From: a virus
Taxonomy: Duplodnaviria > Caudoviricetes
DNA length: 50,438 nucleotides
IMG/VR virus record: IMGVR_UViG_3300024518_002307
Span: 1 to 50,438 of that record
Strand: one strand, 5' to 3'
The notes under the pieces: generated by a model
What the model saw: only the letters and a program-made list of their open reading frames with translations
The model's database searches: none
What the model was told of the DNA's origin: nothing
Translations under genes and position numbers: made by a program
Shown: positions 35,082-44,570 of the stretch, piece by piece
How the letters are laid out: the number at the start of each line of letters is the position of its first letter
Position numbering within the stretch: the first letter of the stretch is position 1

Positions 35082-35366
35082 ATGAACTGGCAAGAGAAAG
35101 CCGCAGCACTAAATGCATTGGCTCCTATTCAAATTCTCATGAGAGGTATTGAGAATTGGTACGTGCAACAATCCGCAGAAGTAAAAGAAGGTGCTATGCT
35201 TAAGGGTAAATACGGAAACGGAACTACTCCAGAATTGGCAATAGAAGATCACTGGAATCAATTAACAGACTTAGTTGGACGTGAAAAATATATTGTGATA
35301 GGTGCCATGAGTAACCGCAGAAGGCAAGTCAAGTGGAATGGTTATATGTGGAAGGATGTGATATGA
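35082..35366 (+). CDS. Hypothetical protein
   Basis: Start re-assigned to MNWQEK. Confidence 0.6.
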   Translation: MNWQEKAAALNALAPIQILMRGIENWYVQQSAEVKEGAMLKGKYGNGTTPELAIEDHWNQLTDLVGREKYIVIGAMSNRRRQVKWNGYMWKDVI

Positions 35367-35560
35367 GCAAAGAACTGGCACAAGTAGAAGCACTTAAGAC
35401 GCTTATGATTATATATGCACAAGATGGTATGCAGCTTCGAGGCGGAGGAGGTATCCTTACTCGCGAGAAACAGGACGAGCTGGATGTACTTGAGGGCAAA
35501 CTCGATGAGATAATGAAGAAGATAGAAGAGTTGGCAGGCATAGGATATACGTTACAATGA
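35363..35560 (+). CDS. Hypothetical protein
   Basis: ATGA-coupled ORF. Confidence 0.55.
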   Translation: MSKELAQVEALKTLMIIYAQDGMQLRGGGGILTREKQDELDVLEGKLDEIMKKIEELAGIGYTLQ

Positions 35561-35931
35561 AATGTATAATAGCTGGTTCCAGATCCATAAGTGATATGCA
35601 TCATGTAGAGAAGGCAATACGCTTATCAGGATTCGATATAACCCAAGTAGTATGTGGAAATGCACGAGGAGTAGATACTCTCGGTGCTTCTTGGGCAAAA
35701 ACACAAGGGGAATATATAGAAAATCCTCGTAACGTTTCGGTTAAGTACTTCAAACCCGATTGGGAACAAGGTAAGCACGCAGGCTTGTTGCGTAATGCAG
35801 TGATGGCAGAATATGCTGATGCTCTTATAGCAGTATGGGATGGTACTTCCCGAGGTACGAAGCATATGATAAAGGAAGCGAAGGATAAAGGCTTAAAGGT
35901 ATTCGTATATAAACCATTCAAAAGGAACTAA
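35557..35931 (+). CDS. SLOG-superfamily protein (YspA/DUF2493-like)
   Basis: IIAGSR, GNARGVD, HAGLLRN, WDGTSRGTKHMI. Confidence 0.88.
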   Translation: MKCIIAGSRSISDMHHVEKAIRLSGFDITQVVCGNARGVDTLGASWAKTQGEYIENPRNVSVKYFKPDWEQGKHAGLLRNAVMAEYADALIAVWDGTSRGTKHMIKEAKDKGLKVFVYKPFKRN

Positions 35932-35933
35932 AC

Positions 35934-36182
35934 ATGTTTAAACCTTCTTGTGAAGAACTTCTTGAATTAGATCCTATTTATACAGAATCTGATACGTCAT
36001 GGCGCCATGGAGAATACCGTACAGAAGTTTATAAGGTAGACGATAAATTTTGGATGGCTCAATATCAACTGAGCAATGATGGAGAAACAAATGCTTTAAG
36101 GGAGGGTTGGGCAGATATTCAACAGTGCTGGCCTGTGTCAGTGACAAAAATCCAATATACAACAGTTAAGCCAGGGAACTAA
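35934..36182 (+). CDS. Unknown protein, paralog B
   Basis: Same motifs as 33222-33488; AAGGA RBS. Confidence 0.75.
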   Translation: MFKPSCEELLELDPIYTESDTSWRHGEYRTEVYKVDDKFWMAQYQLSNDGETNALREGWADIQQCWPVSVTKIQYTTVKPGN

Positions 36183-36184
36183 TT

Positions 36185-38092
36185 GTGATGGGTGAACTAC
36201 CTACCCAATACCAACACTACATTCACTTGTCCCGCTACGCTCGCTTCCTTACAGAAGAAGGACGTAGGGAAACGTGGGACGAGACAGTAGACAGATACAT
36301 AACCTTCTTCCGTAATATATACGGAAAGAAGCTAGACAATAAACTATGGACAGACTTACGTAACGGAATACTTGACTTAGAAGTGATGCCTTCGATGCGC
36401 TGCCTGATGACAGCAGGCAAGGCGCTCGAACGCGACAACGTTGCCGGATACAACTGCGCATATGTCGCAGTAGACCATCAACGAATTTTCGATGAGATCC
36501 TCTACGTGCTCATGTGCGGTACGGGAGTAGGCTTCTCTGTAGAAAGACAGCATATCCAGAAACTCCCCGTTGTAGCTGATAAGCTATATCCGACAGACAC
36601 AACCATTGTCGTATCCGATTCTAAGATCGGATGGGCAAAGGCAGTACGGGAACTTATCTCTATGCTTTACAGCGGACAGATACCGAAGGTAGATGTCTCG
36701 CGTGTACGTCCTCAAGGGTCCGTACTTAAAGTTTTTGGTGGAAGGGCTTCGGGAAGTGCCCCTCTCCTTGATCTGTTCGAGTTCGCAACTGTTACCTTTC
36801 GTAACGCTGAAGGAAGAAAGCTCCAATCGATAGAGGTTCACGACCTCGTTTGCAAAATAGCAGACATCGTTGTGGTCGGAGGCGTCCGGAGAAGCGCTCT
36901 CATCTCTCTTTCCAACTTATCGGACCTACGTATGCAGTCTGCTAAAAGTGGTATGTGGTGGGAGACAGAGCCTCACAGGGCATTAGCCAATAATAGCACC
37001 TGTTACACCGAGAATCCGGACATAGGTGTGTTCATGCAGGAATGGCAACGCTTGTACCAGAGTAAGTCCGGAGAGCGGGGCATCTTCAATCGGAATGCAG
37101 TTAATCAGCATGTACAACACTTAGATAGAAGGGAGTGGGAGAGTCAAGAATTTGGCACCAATCCCTGCTCTGAGATAATACTTAGATCCCGTCAATTCTG
37201 TAACCTCTCTGAAGTAGTGATACGTCCTGATGATACCCTAAATGATATTCATCGTAAGGTTAAGCTGGCAACAGTACTCGGTACGCTGCAGTCCTCGTTA
37301 ACGGACTTCCGCTACCTGCACTCCTCATGGCAGAAGAATACAGAAGAGGAGCGATTGCTTGGTGTAAGCTTGACGGGGATAATGGACCATCCGGAGATGT
37401 CCGGCAGGCAGTGGCACAAAGAACTAGGGCACAGGCTGGAACAGCTACGCGATGATGCTGTTACGACGAACAAGACAACGGCGGCTAAGTTAGGCATTGA
37501 TCCTTCCGTAGCCGTTACGTGCGTTAAGCCTTCCGGTACGGTGTCTCAACTGGTAGACAGTGCCTCCGGCATACATCCCCGGTACAGCCCTTACTATATA
37601 CGAACTGTTCGCAGTGACAAAAAAGACCCTCTTACAATGTTCCTCCAAGCTGAAGGTGTACCTAACGAACCGGATGTTACCAAGCCGGATAGTACGGTAG
37701 TGTTTTCATTCCCGGTAGAGGCTCCGAAAGACTCTGTTATGCGAGATGCGATGACTGCAATCGAGCAGTTGGAACTATGGAAGATATACCAGGAGCATTA
37801 TTGTGAACATAAACCGTCTATAACGGTGTATGTGAAGGAACACGAATGGATGGAAGTAGGAGCGTGGGTATACAAACACTTCGACATTTTAAGTGGTGTA
37901 TCCTTCTTACCCCATACAGATCATGTGTATAAGCAGGCTCCTTACCAGGAAATAACGAAAGAAAAGTATAAAGAAGCAGTGAAAGCATTCCCCGAAAACT
38001 TGAAATGGGAAATGCTACAACAGTACGAACAAACGGATACAACTATAGGATCACAGGAGTATGCCTGTGTATCGGGGACTTGTGAAATATGA
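36185..38092 (+). CDS. nrdJ: Class II (adenosylcobalamin) ribonucleotide reductase
   Basis: RETWDETVDR, GYNC, GGVRRSA, TNPCSE, VKPSGT, C-terminal CVSGTC; no beta subunit gene present. Confidence 0.93.
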   Translation: MMGELPTQYQHYIHLSRYARFLTEEGRRETWDETVDRYITFFRNIYGKKLDNKLWTDLRNGILDLEVMPSMRCLMTAGKALERDNVAGYNCAYVAVDHQRIFDEILYVLMCGTGVGFSVERQHIQKLPVVADKLYPTDTTIVVSDSKIGWAKAVRELISMLYSGQIPKVDVSRVRPQGSVLKVFGGRASGSAPLLDLFEFATVTFRNAEGRKLQSIEVHDLVCKIADIVVVGGVRRSALISLSNLSDLRMQSAKSGMWWETEPHRALANNSTCYTENPDIGVFMQEWQRLYQSKSGERGIFNRNAVNQHVQHLDRREWESQEFGTNPCSEIILRSRQFCNLSEVVIRPDDTLNDIHRKVKLATVLGTLQSSLTDFRYLHSSWQKNTEEERLLGVSLTGIMDHPEMSGRQWHKELGHRLEQLRDDAVTTNKTTAAKLGIDPSVAVTCVKPSGTVSQLVDSASGIHPRYSPYYIRTVRSDKKDPLTMFLQAEGVPNEPDVTKPDSTVVFSFPVEAPKDSVMRDAMTAIEQLELWKIYQEHYCEHKPSITVYVKEHEWMEVGAWVYKHFDILSGVSFLPHTDHVYKQAPYQEITKEKYKEAVKAFPENLKWEMLQQYEQTDTTIGSQEYACVSGTCEI

Positions 38093-38313
38093 AATGTTAT
38101 ATGCTACGACTTAAAGAACCCTATCGTTGGGATACTCGCGCAGAGTATAGTGCGGGTGATGCTAATGCTGTTATATCGGTTATGGCAGTATCGGAACAAC
38201 AGGCCCGCGACTTGGCTAGCGAGTTTACTAGAGGCTTTCCCGAACGTTGGGAAAAAAATAGTAATGCGTCATGTAAAGTGATAGATAAGCCTGGAGTCGT
38301 TGGAGTGTTTTAA
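38089..38313 (+). CDS. Hypothetical protein
   Basis: ATGA overlap with nrdJ. Confidence 0.6.
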   Translation: MKCYMLRLKEPYRWDTRAEYSAGDANAVISVMAVSEQQARDLASEFTRGFPERWEKNSNASCKVIDKPGVVGVF

Positions 38314-38479
38314 TGATAACCTGCACGTCAAAGAAGTTGACAACGGAAGAGATACGACGTAAGCTCTTACACTGTGAAAAGTTACTTGTACTACATCCTA
38401 GAACTAACTACGCGGAACAGTACGTTCCGCTGTTCTCGGTGAAAGCTACTATGTTGTATGGAAAGAAAAGAGTGCAAAT

Positions 38480-38677
38480 ATGATAATCAGAATTCCTTAC
38501 TCTGCTCTTGCTGGTATTACTACCTTGCTTGAACGCAACGAAGTATTGCGAGAATATCGAATAGATCCTAATCGTAAGTTTAAGTGTGTCGAGACTGCGA
38601 CGATAAAAGAATATTTTATTTTCGAACAGGCAGACCACGATATACTGCCAATACAAAAGGAAGAAGAGGATGACTAA
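38480..38677 (+). CDS. Hypothetical protein
   Basis: 65-aa ORF. Confidence 0.5.
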   Translation: MIIRIPYSALAGITTLLERNEVLREYRIDPNRKFKCVETATIKEYFIFEQADHDILPIQKEEEDD

Positions 38678-39281
38678 TACCAATCGGAGCAAAGCGACGA
38701 CTGGCGAACTGGCGCAGTGGTTGGGCGATGAAAACATTTTCCGTGGCGAGGGCAAAGGTATTCGTGAAGAAGCCGCCGCCCGCCTGCTTGATCTTGAGGA
38801 AAAAGTCATAATCCGCGCAGACTTCTTAATAAGCAACAATGAAAAATTCAGCGCCATCGAAAAGGAACGCGACCAACTCAAAGCCGAGAACGAGCGCAAG
38901 GATTCTGACTTGGTGGATCTGAATGCGGAACTGGAGCGGTTTCAGGTGCGTAACGGGCGACTCAAAGCCGAGAACGAGCGGCTGCAACACGAACTGAATC
39001 AGTGGACTGAGGTAGGGCATGATTTGACGCGCACCGTCGAGCGGCTGCGGGGCAAACTAACTGCCGCGCGTGGCCAGATGACAGACATGGCGCTCTACAT
39101 CGAGGCGAAAGAAGTTAAGCGGCTGCGGGTTGCGCTGGTGGAGCGCGATCAATGGTGGCTGGATAATGTGATATTTGAGGCAATAGGCAATTGGGGTGGG
39201 CCAGAACATGAATTATTCAACGACGCTATCACCCGGATAGCCGATCAATTCAAAGCCCTGGAGTACCCCGATGACAATTAA
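38670..39281 (+). CDS. Coiled-coil protein
   Basis: LKAENER occurs twice; heptad pattern. Confidence 0.65.
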   Translation: MTNTNRSKATTGELAQWLGDENIFRGEGKGIREEAAARLLDLEEKVIIRADFLISNNEKFSAIEKERDQLKAENERKDSDLVDLNAELERFQVRNGRLKAENERLQHELNQWTEVGHDLTRTVERLRGKLTAARGQMTDMALYIEAKEVKRLRVALVERDQWWLDNVIFEAIGNWGGPEHELFNDAITRIADQFKALEYPDDN

Positions 39282-39453
39282 ATATACCTTGGACAGCAAA
39301 AGCATCAATCCAATAGTCGAAGTGACGCTGGACAAATTGATTACGATGGCCAAGCAATCGCACATCGCGGATGTGGTGCTGCGTTTCAACGGCAAAGATC
39401 ATCGTGTAGAGGCTGACTGGATCAAATATCTGGAGAAGGTCGATGAAAGTTAA
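39271..39453 (+). CDS. Hypothetical protein
   Basis: GGAG RBS; overlap-coupled. Confidence 0.55.
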   Translation: MTIKYTLDSKSINPIVEVTLDKLITMAKQSHIADVVLRFNGKDHRVEADWIKYLEKVDES

Positions 39454-39649
39454 AGAGTTTGTTTTCCGGGCGGTTGGCTATCGACGCTATGAGCGTGTGC
39501 GGTTGCCGGGATTCGGTGGCTACGTTGACACTCCACAGCGTGTTGCCCAGCACATGGCAGACGATGAAGCTCCCGACGAGTATGAGGTAGAAACCGTTTG
39601 GTTAACGCAGGCACAGTTCAACGCCTTGCCAGAATTTCAAGGATGGTGA
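39443..39649 (+). CDS. Hypothetical protein
   Basis: C-terminal FNALPEFQGW motif; GGAG RBS. Confidence 0.6.
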   Translation: MKVKEFVFRAVGYRRYERVRLPGFGGYVDTPQRVAQHMADDEAPDEYEVETVWLTQAQFNALPEFQGW

Positions 39650-39654
39650 TTCCG

Positions 39655-39897
39655 ATGAAAGTTATTGACGCGGTGGCGTGGAACGTCACACAAGCGAACG
39701 ATATTCGATCAAACTGTAGCGGCGATGAAGATGAGTGGCAGGATGTGGCCAACACTCACATGGCAATCGCTTTACTGCTCGAAGCCCAGCAGACTGCGTT
39801 GGAGAAGTATGGGCGGCATGACTTAAAATGTCCGCACGCACAAGTTCGTTCGCAGTTGTTTTCTTGCACCTGCGGCTACGCGGAGAATTTGAAATGA
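39655..39897 (+). CDS. Hypothetical protein with C-terminal HxxxC...CTCG
   Basis: Start re-assigned to MKVID. Confidence 0.5.
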   Translation: MKVIDAVAWNVTQANDIRSNCSGDEDEWQDVANTHMAIALLLEAQQTALEKYGRHDLKCPHAQVRSQLFSCTCGYAENLK

Positions 39898-39955
39898 ATA
39901 GTATTCGCTACCCGCGAAGCGGAAACCGCCCGCACGCCGAAGACGGAGGACGGTT

Positions 39956-40276
39956 ATGAAACAATCTACACAGATAAACTTGATATTCGTAGTTGCTCTT
40001 GTAATACTACTTGGGACAGCTTCCGTCGCATATGCCGGTAACTTCTACGCTTCTGCGGGCGTAGGACGTACTCGGGGAGATACTACAAGTATCTACGATC
40101 ACAACGGTAATTCGTTACAGGATGATTGGATAGGTAAACTAGCAGCAGGCTACGAACATTACTATCTGGGCAGTAACGTAGAAATGCACATAGGTATTGA
40201 GCACTTCTCTTCTGCGGAAAGGGAAGATCCGGGGTTTAATTGGGGTGGTGTAGAATTAAGGGTGAAGTTTTGGTGA
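39956..40276 (+). CDS. Small outer-membrane beta-strand protein
   Basis: Signal peptide ending AYA, amphipathic strands, C-terminal aromatic VKFW; GGAGG RBS. Confidence 0.7.
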   Translation: MKQSTQINLIFVVALVILLGTASVAYAGNFYASAGVGRTRGDTTSIYDHNGNSLQDDWIGKLAAGYEHYYLGSNVEMHIGIEHFSSAEREDPGFNWGGVELRVKFW

Positions 40277-40296
40277 TAAGAGGAACGAAGCGAGTC

Positions 40297-40497
40297 ATGA
40301 ATGAGAAGTTAGCAAAAGGAATACGCAGGTTAGCGAGACACCAAGTGAAAGAACGTAATCTGCAGGAACGTACTACGTACCGTCCTGTAGATCGTCCTCA
40401 TACACATAGACCTTACAAGATACGTCAACTGATAGTAGAACCCCTGTGCTTTAGAGGGGTGTACCGAGAGATGAAGAAACATGAGTATACAAACTGA
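40297..40497 (+). CDS. Small basic protein
   Basis: MNEKLAKGIRR...CFRGVYREMKK. Confidence 0.6.
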   Translation: MNEKLAKGIRRLARHQVKERNLQERTTYRPVDRPHTHRPYKIRQLIVEPLCFRGVYREMKKHEYTN

Positions 40498-40792
40498 ACT
40501 AACCCAAGAGATCGTCGATCTCGAAACTGCCCTTGAGAGGGAAAGAAAGCATAAGGATCACTACCAACTCCTATCTCTTGTATATTACCAAGAAATAAGG
40601 AATGCTCACAAGGGTATAAGGAGATTGAAGAACGGGAATGCTAACTTAAGAAAGCAGTTAGCTTTGCAAGAACCTCTTGCTCCTGTAGAAGTAGGAGACG
40701 GGCATGGTACTGAAGAAGATCCTTGGGGAGACGATCAAAAAACGTATAACAAATACTTCAATAACAGCTTCTCTGACTTCGCCTCTGGTTGA
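40481..40792 (+). CDS. Coiled-coil hypothetical protein, last gene of the plus arm
   Basis: 103 aa; ends 13 nt from the convergent structural gene. Confidence 0.6.
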   Translation: MSIQTELTQEIVDLETALERERKHKDHYQLLSLVYYQEIRNAHKGIRRLKNGNANLRKQLALQEPLAPVEVGDGHGTEEDPWGDDQKTYNKYFNNSFSDFASG

Positions 40793-40805
40793 AGAGTGGG
40801 AATAA

Positions 40806-43800
40806 CTACCGGTTACCCCGCCGCAATCCCGAACTTTTCTTCTTCTTAGACTTGTACATAGCTTCCAACTCTTCAAGCAATTGCTGCTTGCCGGGATAGC
40901 CTCCACCAAGGGAACGAACAACGGCACGGGACAACGGTCCCGCTGCCTCTTTTGAGAACACAGAGTGTTCAATTGCCTTCTTCGAAGACATGCGCATACC
41001 TTGTATCAGATTAAATATATCTCCACCGACTGGTCCTGCAATAGTACCTAATACACGACCGCCATAAGGGCTTGTCAATCCGAGTGCTGCATCGAGAGCG
41101 ATTCCCATTCCGCCGATAGATCCCCACGCACGTAATAGTTGCTCCGTCTTCGTAAACTCTCTGTCATCCATTGCTACCCACCTGCGCAGCTGATCGGCAC
41201 TCCAACCAAGGGGAGAGCCTACCGCAACGAAAGTAGCAAGTGGTTTGAAGTTACCACGGCGCATGGGCTTTACTACATTATCCACCATAAAACCCCCAAA
41301 GTGGTAGCTAAAAGACTTGAACTTAAATCCTAATCGAAGATAGGGATTAGATCTCCACCACAACGGTAGTTTAGTTACATCATTAACGAAGTTAACCTTA
41401 TCAGAAAATATAAGTCCGGCGTGCTCCGCATCCAATTCGTTGTAGTACTTGCCTAGTTCTTCTTCGGGTATGGGTTTCTTTTCGTACCTTCCTCCTGCAG
41501 AGAAAGTATCTTCCTGCCACACCTTCTTACTAGTGGGCAGTCCCATCTCTTCCATTGCTTCGTTGAATTTACGAAGCTCGATTGCTTCTTTGCGAGGAGA
41601 GAACCCTCCCGCCTCTATCTTTACTTTCTTGGCTAGCAAAGATTCGAAGTGTGCCTTGCCCATATTAGCACCGACAATACGGTTCATTTTCTCTGTATTT
41701 ACAAACTGAATGACACGAAGAAACTTAGCCGGATCGTTGAGCCAATCCAATGCCTTCCACGCGCCTTGCAATTCCTTCCCTGTCATAGCACCCCATACCG
41801 TGTGGGTAATAGCACTCTCCCCAAGTACTTGCATCAAGGAAGTCTCGAAAACTGCCGCTGTACGCATAGCATAATCCTGCCCTTCCTTTGTCATAGAGGA
41901 AGCAATACCTTTATGCCAGTTGCGTGCAACCGTATGCAAAGGCAAGGACTTAGCCATATAGGAAGGACCAAGAATGTGTACTTGGGTAACGTTGAGGATA
42001 GGAGCAAGCGTAAGCTTCCACGTAGCTACAGCATTGAGTGCTCCGGTAATCCTTTTATGTGTATCGGAAAACCCTGCCTGATTACGTAACACTGCGGATT
42101 TGGAAGTATCTCCTGCTGCCGTATAGTATGTCTGATAGGCATGATCTCCCGCACCCCATGTAGGATGTAAGGCATCAACTTCTTCTCTTATAGTTTTGAT
42201 GGCCGCTTCGGCGAACTCGTCTTTGATTCCGAACTTCTCTACAAACGCAAAACGTTTGGACACATCATAGGAATATTCTGTAATTACTTTCTTAGGATCT
42301 TTGATAAGAAAAGGTTCTAATACTTCATATGGAAAATTGAGCGTTCGAGGACGTTCAAGATGATGAGAACGTTTCATATCCGTAGCTTTCCTACGTGATA
42401 CCAACAGACGTTCCGCCGCTTCGCGGCTCAGAAGATACTTATCCCCTCGTCGGGTAACGAAGTCACGCAGCTCATCCATGAGATCCTTTTGACCATACAG
42501 GATATGACCGAGAGCAGATTCCAACTCTTTCATATCGTCCCATCCATGTTCCGATAGCTGTTTGATCCACAATTCTTTACCTGCGTTGGTTTGCAAGAAC
42601 TGCTCATCATAGATGCGGGGCCAATATCCTTTGGCCTTTAATGTCTTACCTTGCTCTAGCGTGTAGATACCTTTACGTACAGCCATATCTACAACTTGAT
42701 CCATCTCCGTCTTAAGGAACTTCGCTACCTTTGCGACGCGAGGATTCATAGCCTTAACGGTACCTTCCATCACTTGTGCAATGTTCTTCCACTCTCCTGT
42801 TTTTTCTAAGAGTCTGGGTTTGCTGTCTTTACCAAATGCTTTAAGGCTTTTTTCGAGTTTGTTATAACGATAAAGAAAACCGTTTGCCATCTTACGGGTA
42901 TTTACTTCTGCTTCTTGGATTGCAGCAGAAAATCTACGAGAAGTTTCACCTAACGCATCCATTCTTACTGAAGGTCTTGGTGCGATACTTCCCCACTGAC
43001 GATCCCGCAATAGGGCATCGTTGGCGCGTCCCGGTGCGTCGGCTATTGTCGTACCTAGTTCCCGCGCTCCGTGACTTATACGTGTGCCCATTCCAATGGG
43101 TTGTACTGCCATTGCTTGTGCAGCACCTACACTACCTCCAGCTTCCGTTACACCCTCCCCAAACTTGCCTACAGGCTTGTACAAGAATCTAGCACCTACA
43201 GGCAGCATACCCCCGATACCGGCACCTATGATTGCACCCATTACAGGATCTTCCGGATCTAAGGCACCGCCAATCAATGCGCCTGCACTCGCTCCTCCCA
43301 TGTGCATCAACAGTTGGCGGTTAATATTCCCTATTTCTCTTACCAATGCTCGCTGGATAATAGGATCTTCTTTAATAGAAGCTTCTGCTATTTCATTTTG
43401 TAGGAAATCCCTTTTTTCCTGCATCTGTTTGCGGGCTTCTATTTTTTCATACGCTGCCTCTCTCCCTGCTGCCGCTTCACGGGCAGCGGCGGGACGGGAT
43501 ACACCTTCCTGTTCTGCGAAGGCTTCTGCAATCTCTCGCGCACGAGTACCCTCATCTACTCGTGCGGCACCTGTAAGCTTGCCTTGCTTTCCCATTGCTT
43601 CAAGGCGCTTCTGTAGTTTAGTTGCCCATTGGATATCGTACTCAGCTTGCCCTACGGGCATCCCGTACAGGTCATAAGGATTAATGGGATGTTCTATGGT
43701 ACTGGTAACAGGTACGGGAGTACCTTCTACTTGCTCGTTCAGCTTCGTTGCAAGCGCTTCCGGATTGTCAATATCTACGTTATGCTGTCTTCCCTGCTCC

Positions 43801-44567
43801 AGCAGTTCGTCCGGAGTAACCTTGGAACGATTAGCTATCTTGCCCTTGAACCACGTAAGGAATGTACCCCCGCCGGCTACAAACAAAGGCAGTGCCGCAC
43901 CAGCGGTGATCATCACTGCGGCATCAGTGCCGCTGATCTCTCCCTTAGAAACCATTTGACGCAAGCCAATATCAAATCCTGTAATACTACCGCCTATCAT
44001 TGCGTTACCGAGCATACGCAAGCCGTTCGTAGTCTTCCAAAAAGGAACAATCGTAAGAGGGTCAGTTAAGTACTTGCCGAAGCTACCGGCAATAGCGGGA
44101 CCACTCGTTGCCCACTCCGTACCGTAGATATCCCTATACTCTTTCTGCAGATAGTCCTCACGCGCCGCCATGCGGCTTTGCTGCAACTTCTCCTGCTCTG
44201 CTACAACCTGCTGCTCTCTCTGCGCACGCTTCTGTTCGACCATTTTCATGGCACGCTCGTAGGTGAAGTCCTTGAGCGTACCATCTTCCATCATCTTGAA
44301 GATTTCCTGTCGCATCTCCCCTTGAACTTCGTCCATAGACTTGGTACGTAGTTCTTGTTCGTCCATGCGATTCAGCATCTCTTCTATGCCGTAGGCAATA
44401 CGATCATACCCGAATTTAAAGCGACGACCCTTTGAAGGGTTGTAGAAGTCCGGACCCATCTCCATATCTCTCTTCTCCTTCTCGTCTTGGATCTGAGTGT
44501 ACAACAACTCCCGCTGCTGCGGAGACATCCTCCCGATGAATTCTTTTTGTTGGTCAGTTATGGCCAT
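40806..44567 (-). CDS. Large internal virion (DNA ejection) protein
   Basis: 1253 aa, helical, Gly-zipper hydrophobic segments, GFKFKSFSY motif; last structural gene. Confidence 0.75.
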   Translation of the reverse strand: MAITDQQKEFIGRMSPQQRELLYTQIQDEKEKRDMEMGPDFYNPSKGRRFKFGYDRIAYGIEEMLNRMDEQELRTKSMDEVQGEMRQEIFKMMEDGTLKDFTYERAMKMVEQKRAQREQQVVAEQEKLQQSRMAAREDYLQKEYRDIYGTEWATSGPAIAGSFGKYLTDPLTIVPFWKTTNGLRMLGNAMIGGSITGFDIGLRQMVSKGEISGTDAAVMITAGAALPLFVAGGGTFLTWFKGKIANRSKVTPDELLEQGRQHNVDIDNPEALATKLNEQVEGTPVPVTSTIEHPINPYDLYGMPVGQAEYDIQWATKLQKRLEAMGKQGKLTGAARVDEGTRAREIAEAFAEQEGVSRPAAAREAAAGREAAYEKIEARKQMQEKRDFLQNEIAEASIKEDPIIQRALVREIGNINRQLLMHMGGASAGALIGGALDPEDPVMGAIIGAGIGGMLPVGARFLYKPVGKFGEGVTEAGGSVGAAQAMAVQPIGMGTRISHGARELGTTIADAPGRANDALLRDRQWGSIAPRPSVRMDALGETSRRFSAAIQEAEVNTRKMANGFLYRYNKLEKSLKAFGKDSKPRLLEKTGEWKNIAQVMEGTVKAMNPRVAKVAKFLKTEMDQVVDMAVRKGIYTLEQGKTLKAKGYWPRIYDEQFLQTNAGKELWIKQLSEHGWDDMKELESALGHILYGQKDLMDELRDFVTRRGDKYLLSREAAERLLVSRRKATDMKRSHHLERPRTLNFPYEVLEPFLIKDPKKVITEYSYDVSKRFAFVEKFGIKDEFAEAAIKTIREEVDALHPTWGAGDHAYQTYYTAAGDTSKSAVLRNQAGFSDTHKRITGALNAVATWKLTLAPILNVTQVHILGPSYMAKSLPLHTVARNWHKGIASSMTKEGQDYAMRTAAVFETSLMQVLGESAITHTVWGAMTGKELQGAWKALDWLNDPAKFLRVIQFVNTEKMNRIVGANMGKAHFESLLAKKVKIEAGGFSPRKEAIELRKFNEAMEEMGLPTSKKVWQEDTFSAGGRYEKKPIPEEELGKYYNELDAEHAGLIFSDKVNFVNDVTKLPLWWRSNPYLRLGFKFKSFSYHFGGFMVDNVVKPMRRGNFKPLATFVAVGSPLGWSADQLRRWVAMDDREFTKTEQLLRAWGSIGGMGIALDAALGLTSPYGGRVLGTIAGPVGGDIFNLIQGMRMSSKKAIEHSVFSKEAAGPLSRAVVRSLGGGYPGKQQLLEELEAMYKSKKKKSSGLRRGNR

Positions 44568-44570
44568 ACG

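Noticed and set aside
10675-38092. Introns, inteins or homing endonucleases in terL, polA or nrdJ
   Set aside because: All three are continuous and of normal length, with no LAGLIDADG, HNH or intein terminal motifs seen.
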